From Iphione sp. A-MEVVRFRX5 (Eukaryota): a stretch of 64,000 nucleotides of DNA. Each line of letters starts with the position of its first letter. The stretch's first letter is position 1. The notes below the pieces were generated by a model. The model saw only the letters and a program-made list of their open reading frames with translations. It searched no databases and was not told the DNA's origin. The stretch lies in contig OZ320321.1 in NCBI GenBank assembly GCA_976226885.1, positions 22,506,001-22,570,000 of the forward strand, given 5' to 3'. This document shows positions 13,001 through 25,600 of this stretch, in pieces. Both the position numbers and the translations under genes were made by a program.

Positions 13001-16000
13001 AGATAATCTCCTAGATTTGGTGCAACTGTGACATACTGGGGTTGCATTGCAGTGCTGTGGGTAGGCAGGCGGGCGGGCAAGCAAGTAGCATAAAAAAAAA
13101 CAGGAGCACAATATAGAAACTTATTGAGAAGAACAGGTTTACTGACGGTGGCAAGAGGTGAAGTGGATGCCCTCAGACCCAACTGTCTACATCTGCAGCC
13201 AAAGGTCAGACTTTACCGCCTGGACTTGGTCGACATTCCGCAGGCCGTCAACACCATACAGATAGAGCTGGCTCAACCTACAAGGTCACAACAACCATAC
13301 ATAATTCAACCCTGCCGCCACTTCTGCCGTGCACATTTATGTATGTGTTTGTGTGTTTGTGTGTGTGTGCATCTTTTGTTTGTGCGTACGCGCGCGCACG
13401 CGCGCTCGTGTGTGTGTGGGTGTGTGGTATATTGACGAATGTGTTCAATTCAACACATGATGTTCAGATAACTGTCAGTTTTCTGTACGTGTGGGTTTTT
13501 TTCTTTTTCTTTTTTTATTAAAGGCAGCTCATGCACTGTCGATATGACATCAATGATGAAAGGAGACGGATTAAGAGGCTGGGTGGGGGGTTGGTGGGGG
13601 TGGAGGGCATCTGTTGATGTATGGAACAGATATGTACATGTTAACCCTTTAAGGGCTGCAATTATCACAGATGACTCCTCTTCAGGGCAGGGATTTTGAC
13701 ATGAGAATGGCCTAGGAGGCGAGGTATTAGATAATGTTATATGATTAGATGACAGATTGATCATAAATAAGGACCTTATTATTAATTTCAAGATATATTA
13801 GTTTAAAATATGAGTGAAACAGATATTTAGACATAATAAGCTCTTAGATATTCTGGATTTTTCTTGTTTGAATGACCGAAAAGGGCTAATTTTAGATAAT
13901 GCCATATGGCATTCCTTGCCCTGGCCTGGGAATGCCATATGGCATTCTCAGGTCTGGCCTGGGAATGCCAAATGGCATTCTCCGCCTTCAATGGGTTAAG
14001 ACCACCCTGTCTATCACTCAGTAGAAGACGCATTTGGCACAGTTTTCAATATCTTTTGGTCAGCCATCTGGGAGACTCGGGATTACGAGGTAAACTCACT
14101 GTCAATTAGAAGAATAAACCAGCTGGAACAATAATTTTCCATAAGTACCCATAGCTTGACCTTTACACAGAACTTCCAACATTGTCCACGTCCCTTTTCA
14201 TGGCTCAACTGTCAACCGTGAAAGGTGAAGTGGAGATGTTACCTGGGACTTTTATAGAACCACCCATCAAAACACTTAATTAAGACTAATTAGTACCGTT
14301 TATCTCGATCCAGAGGTGAGCCTTTGCACCTCGATCAGTCTTCCTGGTCCAAGTCATTGCCAATATAGAAATACAGGTGGATCAACATGCAGAGCAAATA
14401 TCACAATGACTTTAAAACAGAAGATTTTGGTTTCATAAAAAAAAAATTGAATATTCTAGAAGATGAGTTACAGAGATTTGTGTTATTCTAGGTTCCATAT
14501 ACATTCTATATCTACTCATTATCGAACTGATTCGTGTTATTTCATTCGGATATCGAGTATATTTTCGGATACCGGGTCATATTTCTGTTGTGAAAAGGCC
14601 TCTACGCTCCAAGGAAATCTATTTGGAAGTCATTTTCAAATACGGAGTGTGAAAATATTGAATCCTGATTGCACTTTCGAATGAATAGCTAACACGGGGT
14701 GAAACTAAACCCGGAATTCCTCGTGCAACTCCTTGTGTCACAGACCCACGTGATCTCTGAATACATGTCTGGAAGAAATGGCAGTTTTTTCCCCCCAAGG
14801 ATTTAACCTTTCGTCGACGATCTAGTCTGATAGAAAACAATAGAACCTAATACATCTTCTATTTTGATGACTGTTCTGTCTGCGTAATTGGTCCCCATTA
14901 GCTCAATAATTAGATCAAAGGAGCAGGAGAAGCTGGGCAACCTTTAATGTTCCTTTAATTCAGTTGGTTTCTCTTAACATTTAAAAAAAATCATGACAAT
15001 TTCCGAATCAGGGTGGTGGCAACAAAAGCACAGAAACACGAGATTCGTTCGGGAAAAAATGTCAATGTTGAGCGTAACCGGTCGGCAATTTTTCTCAAAC
15101 TTTTCGCACCAAAAAATTGGAAAGAATCCTCGAAATTGTTCTCGTGCACATGCAATAACGCAAGTTTTATTTGAATTTTTTACGTACAAGCGGTATGAAT
15201 CCTCTTGATTTGCCATAAAACATGGGCAGGTGATACTCGTTTTTTTTTAAACGAGATTGTTTCCATGACCTAAAAATGTGACTCGGCATCGAATTAGCTA
15301 CGAAAAGTGTTTGCTGTGCGATTTTTGCCTCGGCCAATGAATACAGTGATTGTAAAAATATAATGCCGCAGTATCAGGTATTTCTAATATATGTAACAGT
15401 TTTAAGGAAGAAACTTCCACCAGCAGGCCCGTAGCCAGGAGTTTCTGTGGGGGGTATCTTAAATTAGAGAGGTGGAACTCCTGGTTAGATGGGTGGAACT
15501 CCTGGTTAGAGAGGTGGAACTCCTAGCAAGCAATCAACATTTTCGTTTTCTCAATTTCTATCACATTTTTTCACTTTTCTGCACATCTTATGGGCATTTC
15601 TGGGGTGGACCTCCTGATCCTCTAGAGCATTTTTCTTCTCAGGGTGGAACTCATGAACCTTCTGGGGGGTATCGTCCGATACCCCCGATACCCCCTTGGC
15701 TACGGGCCTGACCAGGGCAGATTAAAAGGTCCTGCATTTAAAGCTCGAGTGAACTGTCTAAACGGGGCTATGTAGGCGTATATACTTGTGATGCGACTGT
15801 GAATAGAATTTTTTTTAACATTTTTTTACTTTAAAGCTCTTTTTTAAACTTTCATCTTTAAAGCTCAAGTAAACTAGACAGAGTTAATGCATCACTGAAT
15901 CAACGTCATCGTTCCCCACGTGGAGAGAGTAATAAAAATAAAAATAGAGTAAGACTTTCACTTGAAGACCCATCTTCGAAACAGGACCAGACCTCCATTT

Positions 16001-19000
16001 AAAGCTGCATCTGAACAGAACAAAGCACACCCTTCTAGGTCTGTGATGCAGTCGGAAATAGAGCCACCATGCATCCTCCAGACGGGGCGACGTTGAAAAA
16101 AAAACAAAACAAAACAAAACCAAAAGGTGAACTTCTTGCGAGTGAGTTTCTACCGGTGACTTGAATTGCCTAATTTACCACGGGCCACATGCGATTCTCC
16201 CAACCTCCAGGACAATCATCTCTCTTTCTACTCGGATCCTATAAAACCTGGTTATAGAGTGCGTCCGGCTCGACGTCTCTATAAATAGATTTGCCGTCAC
16301 GAGGGAGCCAGCAATTTCGCCCAGGGACGGCCACCGACGGCCCACCTCGACATTAACTATGTATTCTATTATGAAACGAAAATATGGAAATCCATGCGTT
16401 AAGGTACTGCCCCCCCCCCACCATGGAATCTCAAGATGGGACTCCAGACTGGATGCGGATGCTGGGGGGGGGGGGAATTAATGTACGGGGTACCATTATC
16501 TAGGTGTAACTGCACCACTGCCATAATCATCCAGACTAAGGGGCTATTCACATGTAGCCATCCTGAAAATCCGCACCTGTGTGTGTGCGTGCGTGGAGAA
16601 ACCCCCAACAGAGAGGGTTACGTAATTGCTATCATTTGTGGACCAGATGTCTTTTCACTATTGCTTCCTATGGGATATACGCATTCGTATGCAGAGAAAA
16701 CCCATCCTGGACAGTTTGACATCTGCACCCATGTGCAGACACGTATAAGTAGGGAAATGTGAATGAGTGTAATGGTGAGACCAGGCTGGAAAAATATCTA
16801 CACCCATGTGTGGACGCGGAGTGGAGAAATAAGGTTACATGTGAATAGCCCCTAACTTTAACTGGCGCACACCGTTATTTCAATGACTTCAGAGGAAGTT
16901 TTGTCCTTTGTTCTTCTTGAATGTGCCGTTTGTTGCTGAGCCTTCTGTGTGATGAGTAAAAGCACAGATTGCGGCATCTTTGCTACAAGTTTGTAAAAAC
17001 CATCACCCGCTTTTGTATAGAACATTTTTCTTTGTGGGGGTAAAGGACCTTTTTTTGCGTTGTATAGCAAACCTAAGAAACTCGCGTGTCCAATGACGGC
17101 TGCACCGTTGTGAGTGGAAAATGTGATACCGCTGCCTAACAACACCAACTAAAATTTAGAAAAGAAACAAAAAAGGTGAGGATGAGGTGGAGCTTGTGTG
17201 CGTGCCTCGAGGGATGAAACATTCCCTTCGTGATGCAGAATTAAATAAAAACTGACTCCTCACTCGAAGACAAAGCACGAGAGATGTGGTGTCGGCTTTG
17301 TTCTGATGAGAAACGCCCCGGCTAATTGAATCAAAAATGCCCCCCCCCCATTTATGGCCTTTTCCATCGGATGAAAGGCATGTTTGCTGCTGGCGAAATA
17401 AAAGGAAAGCTCATATATCGTAGACTCGGCCCATGGAAACTTTGTCTGATACAAGATAACACCTTCTGCATTATTATCAGCATTAAGAGGCTTTTACTCA
17501 GAGATTAGTTGTTTTTTGTCTCACTGTCCTACACCTATTTCTTATTTATCCACTTTCAAAGAGCAAGGACAAAACTCATGAGGAGGTTTGGATAACTACA
17601 CAAAATACATTTAAAGGCAAGAGTGGGGCCCTGTCAAGCTCATTGTCCCCCACTGTCAAGTGGCCATTTCATGCATGTTCCCTCGTTTTGTTATTTGAAT
17701 GGCTTTAAATTATACCAAAGTAGGGCCAGAAGCAAGTGTCCAGTGTAGAACTATTGTCCCCTGCCATCTAGTGGCCATTTCAAGCTTGATTGCACCTCCC
17801 TTGGTCAGGCTGCTACAAGGTGGTGCTGGTAGAAGGGGGGTATTGGTGAGAGCGTGTGTATGTGTATGTGTGTGTGTGTGTCTGAAAGAGAGAGTGTAAT
17901 GTCAGACCTAAAAATCCCCAAAGTACAGTCGACCCGTGCTTACCAAACAGGGGTATGTTTCACCTAAAATCATTTAGAAATGGAGATTGTTTAGGTACTG
18001 GATTCGTTATTTCAGTAACTGTCACATTGTACACTCTCAGCTGTGTTCGAGTGATGCCCAAATGCTCTGACCCAGCCCTAAACCTTTGTTATTTCCGTAA
18101 TTGTCACACTTGATACGTGTCCCTCTGATGTTCTGATGCCCTGACCCAGAGCTAAACCTTTAAATATATTTTTTAATACTTTATTTTCACTGGTTATGTA
18201 TAAACATTTTGTATATTCTGACCAGTTTTATACATCGATTTTGAACAGTGATGGTTGGGCTTGGTACACTCTAAGACTTGCAGGATGTCCTCTCCCGTTC
18301 AAAATAGCAGTATTAAATTAGCTTGGGATAGTTAAAATAACGCGCACCCATGTTCGGAAACCGAATAATTCAGAAACAGGGTATTAAATGATAATATAAA
18401 AGGTTGCTTGCAGCTCACAGCATTCGGCTATGAAGATAATTTGGGTATGGAGTGTTTGGAAGGAGCGGGCTGACTGTATTTCATTTTATTTCAACAATTT
18501 CTATTGTACATGTATGTTTGTGAGTGTGTTACCAATAGAGTAAATTGATATAATTTCACCTTTAGAATTACTTGAATTATTACCAAAATTACACACTGTC
18601 ATGGGTCCATACACATAAATATCATATATCAAAATCAGTTCATTTGACTGAAGAGCTTTGCAGTTATAAGATCTGTAAGAATGTGACAGAAGGTCGGACA
18701 GTCAGACAGCAGCATACCTAAGGTCCCATCCTCTGGTGAGGCGGGGGATAAAAAGGCTTCCATTTAAATTCAACATAAATCATAAACAATATGGCATTGC
18801 TCTTGTGAGAATCTTCACAACCAACATACATATATATATGAGTGATATGTATTTATGTGTGTGTTCCTTATAATGTGTTTAAATTGGCAAATGATACACG
18901 TACTAGCTTTCCCCGTGTTTCTTTGAAGCAATCTCTACCTTTTCCTCCCACACACATTAGCCTGAATACTCTACTCATTATTTCAGAGACAGTGTTATCT

Positions 19001-19629
19001 TCGCTTAGTCTCCCTCCCTATTACAGAAACTGTACAACAAGGGTCGAGACGTTCCACCAGTTAAATGCAACGCCAGGGGGGGAGGTTGGGGGTCGATATT
19101 GACTTGGGGGAGGTGCACTACTTACTTTTTACAGTTCCTGGCGAAGCGCACCAGGCTTGGCACCGTGATATGTTTGCAGAAGTTGAGCTTCAACACCTCC
19201 AGATTGGCGTGGCAGAAGCTGGCGAGCGTCGACACGCTGAGAGACAAAAGACACAACAGACATCAAGGTAGGCTTGGCTGCGGGGGGAAGGGGGGGTGTT
19301 AAGGGGAAGGCAGGTGTCAGAGAAGGGGTTAGGGTTCTTTTCCTTGCTGCGCACAGTAGAAGCATGCTTGTAACACTTGTCAGGGCCTCGAGTATTTAAC
19401 TAACTCCTTCACCCGTAGGTCTGTCTGCTTTCCCATCTCGCCGTCTCCCCTCTCATTCTCTATTATTCCCCTCATTCTCATTCATTCTCATTCTCCCTCG
19501 TTCTGTCTGTCCGTCTATCTGTCTCTCTCTTTCTCCTTCTCCCTCCCTCTTTCTCATTCTCTCTCATCCTTCATCTCTCCCTCTCTGATTCTCTCTCCCT
19601 CCATCTCATCCATTTCTCTCTCTCTCTCT

Positions 19630-19698
<69 letters not shown>

Positions 19699-22600
19699 GT
19701 TTATTCCCTCTTCATCTCCCACTTTCTCATTCTCTCTCATCCCTTATCTCTCCCTCTCAGTCTCTCTCTACCTCCATCTCGTTCATTTTCTCTCTCCCGT
19801 TTATTTCTTCTATATCTCGCTCTTTCTCTGTCTGTCTCACGACTGGCCAGTGAGGTGGCATCCAGTTTTATCGAGACGCACTTTTTGGTGAACTTCGCCA
19901 TTTATTAGCTCCTAAAATAAACAAACATGGCAGGTACATGTACTTAACCCCGTGGATTAATTTTGTCACCAAATCCATTAAAATACACATTTATTTCATG
20001 AAGGCATTTCGTTCATTTACAGCAGGATTCCCTGAATTCCCCCCCAAAAAAATATAACAACGAAGAAGACTAAGAACCTTTGGGGCTAGAGCAATATTCT
20101 AAGAGCCTTACCTTTTATGTGTGATCATCGAGGAGCTGACGTCCAGGTATTCCAGACTGTGACAGGCCATGGCGATGGCTCGGACCCCCATGTCAGTAAT
20201 GCCTTTACACCCACACAAATCCAGAGACCTGGAGACAGAAAACACCAGCCAAGTGAGAGGCTATCAACGCTCATTGGGCTGTCACTATCGTCTCGCCATG
20301 TTAGGTAGAGGACACTGTCGTCCGTATCTGTTATTTTTAGAGCCGTATCCGCTAGATGTTTTCACCCACATCAGAAAGGCTGGACATGGGAATGGAGTAC
20401 AACTTCACCACGAAAGACACTAGAACTCATTTCAAACAATTTTAATAGTGCCCTTTTTCATAATTCATGCCAGAAATATATATAGATAATTTTTGTATTG
20501 TAGACATTTAATTGGTGTCATTAGAAACAAAAACTTCGCCCTGTAGCAGATGAAAACCCCTGCAGCCTTGCCCTGTAGCGATTATGTATCCAACCTGTCC
20601 CAGTTTTCAATGGTTAAGTAAAGGGTGAGACCTCGCTATTGCGGTCATTAGAGTGAGGAGTGGGGGAGTCACTATTACCGACGCCTAGTAGTGAAAGTTA
20701 AGATTTACATCTGTGTCGACATATGGGTGAGAAATGAAAAGACTCACTATTATGAACACAAAAATTACGACACAGATTTTCACGAGTATGGTCATATGAG
20801 AAAGGAATAAAGAAAACTTGGTAACAGAAACTTGAGTGAGGGTTGAAGACTTCACTAACATGGTTACCCCAATCAGAAATACCAAAAGTTCACTGTCATT
20901 GCTACCTGAGTGACACATCTGACATTTGCTATCTTACAGATTCCTAAGCTTAAAAAATTCATTTCTTGTTGTTGTTGTTGTAGTTCTTCTTCTTCTTCTC
21001 CTCCTCCTCCTCCTCCTTCTTTCATTATTATTATTACCATTATTATTGTTAACATCATTATCAATATTATCACCATCTGGTTTTCTCTGTGTTCCTCACT
21101 CCGTCTCCGGACTCCTTAACATACCCTCTGTACGTCTCTCTCTCTTCCTACCTCTATCGCCCATTCCTTTCACACTTGTCATGTAAATACAATATTCAGA
21201 CCGATCCGCGCTGATGTGTACTACGGGCCATCACTTCCATAAGATCTTTTCTCAAAGTAATTTCATTCGCTCGCGATAATATATGAGTTTCACATCAAGA
21301 AAAACTACAGGCTCCTCTATTGACGATGCTCCGGAGGCTCACCTTACATAGGTTTTGCATTTCTGTATACAGACTCTGCCTGGAAAACACTCCCAGTAGA
21401 CACATCCGTCATCAGCAAGGATTACTTCGCAACTTTATAATGTAAACACCACAATAGTATCGTAATGTAGGTGGCTGNNNNNNNNNNNNNNNNNNNNNNN
21501 NNNNNNNNNNNNNNNNNNNNNNNNNNNNNNNNNNNNNNNNNNNNNNNNNNNNNNNNNNNNNNNNNNNNNNNNNNNNNNNNNNNNNNNNNNNNNNNNNNNN
21601 NNNNNNNNNNNNNNNNNNNNNNNNNNNNAAATGAGATAAGGAATAAGGAGGAATATGATGGACAGTGATAGGAAGAGGATAAAAAGGCCAAGGAGGAGCA
21701 GGAGCAGGGGCAGCAGGAGCAGGCACAGTGTGAAGATAAATAAGATGAGAAGATGTTTTATCCAGCTTGTCATCCTTAATGGATGTTTGTCACAGTGTGG
21801 ATGGAATAAGAGGATAGAAATGACAGGAGGGATAGGAGTTGGAACATGGAGGAATAGGAGGACAAGGAGAAATAGCAGGGCTACAAATGAGAGGAGGGAC
21901 AGGAGGAGGGATGTGAAGGAAAAGGGGAGGAATATAGGAGGAGGAGGAAGAGGACAAGCAAGAGGAAGAAGAGGACAGGGAGGAATGTGAGGAATAGGAG
22001 GGGAAACAGGGAGGAACAGGGAGGAATATGGGAAAAGGATGAAGAGGACAAGAAGCGGAGGACAAAGAGGAGTGTGAGAAGGAATGAGAGGGACAGAAAT
22101 GAGAGCAGGATTAGGAGGAGCTTGGAGGTATCAGGGAGGAATATGAGAAAAATAGAAGGGAGAAAACAAATGGGAAGAGGAGGACAAGGAGGAGTTTGAG
22201 GAGAAATAGGGAGTGGACGAACGGTAAGAGGTATAGGATGAGGACTAAAAGGAGGAATACAAAAAAATAGCCCCGTTTACATCATCTTCCTTAGAAACTG
22301 AACTTTTCAGATGTAGAATGATATCTCTATGCTGCAAGACTGTTGAATAACAAGAGTGTGGACCTGTNNNNNNNNNNNNNNNNNNNNNNNNNNNNNNNNN
22401 NNNNNNNNNNNNNNNNNNNNNNNNNNNNNNNNNNNNNNNNNNNNNNNNNNNNNNNNNNNNNNNNNNNNNNNNNNNNNNNNNNNNNNNNNNNNNNNNNNAG
22501 AGAATGAGAGTGGAGAGAGAGAGTGTAGAGAGAGAGAGTGAGTGAGTGAGTGTGTGTGTGTGTGTGTGTAGTGTGTAGTGTCTCTCTCTCCTAACAACCA

Positions 22601-25600
22601 CCTTGATTGGCAACTTGTTTTGGGGGTGGTTGGCAAGACTTGTTTAAGTCCTTCAGGTTTACAACTCTCGGTTCTGCCTGACCGAGCATAGCCCCCTCGG
22701 TTCTGCCTCACTGAGCACCAGACTGCTACAAACCCTCGGTTCTGCATGACTGAGCACTGAGTGTGTATGTATGTGCATTGTCAGACCTAGGAACCCCTGA
22801 ACCAGGTATGTATGTTTGTAGGTGTGTTAGGAAATGAGTAAAATTTCACCTTCAAAATACTTCGATTACTACCAAAATTACCCAGTGCCATGGGGCCATA
22901 TATATCAATATCATATATTAAAATCAGTTTTTTTGAGTGAAGGGTTTGAGACTTATAAGACCCACAAGAGTGTGACGGATGGTCGGGACACCAGCCAGCA
23001 GCATTCCTAATGTCCCCCCCCCCCTCTATGAGGCGGGGGACAACAAGACTAGTAGGTAAGTAATTTAGAAAGCGAATATTTTTTAACATTCTGCAGTTGA
23101 TGAAATAGGTGCATAAAGTAATACCAAATGACATTTATGATACAAATCACCCCTGTTTTATGGAAAACAGGAGAAAAGGATATTTAGACTGTAATTTAAA
23201 ACACTACAAGCCATAAGGTTATACTTGTGGTGCAACCTGCAAGTTAGAATCTGAATGATTCTAATTACACAACCTCCTGTCATTATGAGTTATGTGACCA
23301 TTACATTTGCAGTTGGTGGTCATGGAGGCGCTAAAAGAAAACAGCCTAGTACTTCTAGTAGAAAGCAAGTTCACATACCTGATACCACTGCAGTAGGTGG
23401 CTATCTCTGTAAGGGCCACATCGGTCAAGTTGGGACAGTTGGCCACGGACAGTGATTGCAGCTTCTTGCAGTGGTGCATGAGGTGGTGGATGGTGGTGTC
23501 CTTTATCTGTAAGAAATGTGAACATGGAAACATCAATGAATTTTATAAAGTAAGAAACTTTAACTGATGTCAAAGAGCAGGTAGGCTATAGGTTTTGCAG
23601 TGGTGCATGAGGCTGTGGATGATAATGGCCTTCACCTGTAGCAAACATATGATCATTGACATAGAAAAGACTAAGGGTTGGCTTCCTTTCCTGTGTTGAG
23701 GTGCATTCACCTGTGTTTCCCATCTGGATGCATGAACATGCATTTTACATGCATTGTGCTATCATGCAGCTAAATGCACATGGGTGTCACTTCGGGGGTG
23801 CATTGTGGACAGTGCATTTAATCATGAAATACTGATGAAAAAGGTGGAAAATGATGCTTAAAGCCATGAAAATCAGTGAAAATGACTTGGAAAATCAAAA
23901 AGGACAAAAGTGAGGCTGAAAACTGTAAAAATTGATGAAATGGTTGGAAAAAAGGCTAAAAGGGATATAAATAATGCTAAAATCCTCAAAAATTGGTAAA
24001 TATGACAAAAAAGGCATAAATAACGGGAAAAGTGAGTAAAAATGAGTAAATATAAGAAATAGCAGTGCATTGGTGTGTGTTGGTGTCCCTTTGCATTAAA
24101 TTATTGGGCAGGATTCATTAATGATCAACGGATGCACAATGCACCACAATGCACACAGACATGATGACAGCCTCTATTAAAATCATCATGATTGATCAAA
24201 ACAGCCCTAAATGGAGCAAAAACAGAACAAAAATGCACAGAGACCAGTGTAGGTATGGAAACTGGCCCGTAAGCATGATAGCAGCAGTGTTTGGGGATGG
24301 AGAGGTAAAAGAATAAGTATTTTTAAGTCACTGTTTGCTGTTAACAGTGAACCAAAAGTAGGTTTGACAGACAATAGTTTTTCTCTAGATCACACTAAAT
24401 GTTTCGAAAGTTTCCATTTTGCATGTCAAAGATTTTTAAAAACTGGTGTTCTGCATGTATTGACAACTTCAGTCTATAAGATCTTCAGGTCAGTCATTTT
24501 GAAGGCCATATCTAATTCGAGCTACAGCAGTATGAACCAGTGTATGAACACAAGGGAGATGAGGCAAATCCAGTGAAAGAAAAATACTTTGAATAAGTTT
24601 CTATGAAATAAAACAGGGTCCTAAAAATACCACGGAACAAGACAGTGTTTAGACTGAAAGGATGGGCAAGAAGTTAAGAGGATCAAAAACCTCCTTTGTT
24701 CATTCAAGTCCACGTTGCATCGAATCCAGACCGCCTCAGTCCAATTATAGAGAATATTCGCTTCTTGTCTACAGTGGTCATAACGTTTTTTATGTAGGGA
24801 ACAATTTCGCACATGTACATTGTTCGCAGAATCGACAGCAAAATAACTGCTCAGAGACTGGAGAATTCATACATGCGAGAGGACAGGCTAGATATATATG
24901 CATGCCGTGAAATCTGTCAATTTTCCTTGGTCTGCATTCTGTGGATGTGCCTTTTGCACGAATGTAACTAAAAAGCCAAGCCATCCGAATATCCCCACGT
25001 GTTCGGCACTGTATGTTAGACTCGTGTTATTTCCGGCTTGGCATGACTATGACGACAATTTCAGCCCTGCATATCGCTTGGACAACAGCAAAATATACCC
25101 GACAATTTCTTGGTTGTTAAAACTCTGGTGCACTTAAAAGGCTATATAGAAAGTTTTAGCAAAAAAAAAATCCGAAGAAAGGATGAACACCATGAAAAAA
25201 AGCAAAGGAATTTGATTCGGGGGAGCAATCGACCATCATCAGGTGGAGATTGTGAAACTTCGAAGGGGGAAGGCCACAAGGGCAGCCAAAACAGCGATCT
25301 GTGCTGGAGATGGGCAGCCTAATGTGCGCTGGTACCACCTGCTGCTCTCTGACGCTCTCTCTCCCTCTCTTCCGCTCGGGGTCTCCCCGTGACCCCCCCC
25401 CCCTTCAAACACTATACTCTGGTGCTCAGTCGGCTAAGCACTGGACCATCTACCACTCGTTCCATTCCGGTCACCTCTGCTCTTTGCAAGGCGTCCCCCG
25501 GTGCCAGATGCTGCCATTTGTTCACACCACACCCACCAGATCGACAGACTCTATCCACCGTCGCTCAGACCCTCCACGCGGCCAACAACAACGGTCGGAC

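Noticed and set aside
21412-22747. ORFs containing X runs (also near 32.1 kb and 46.7 kb)
   Set aside because: Artefacts of translating through N gaps and low-complexity flanks; the real exon in 46204-46893 is listed separately.
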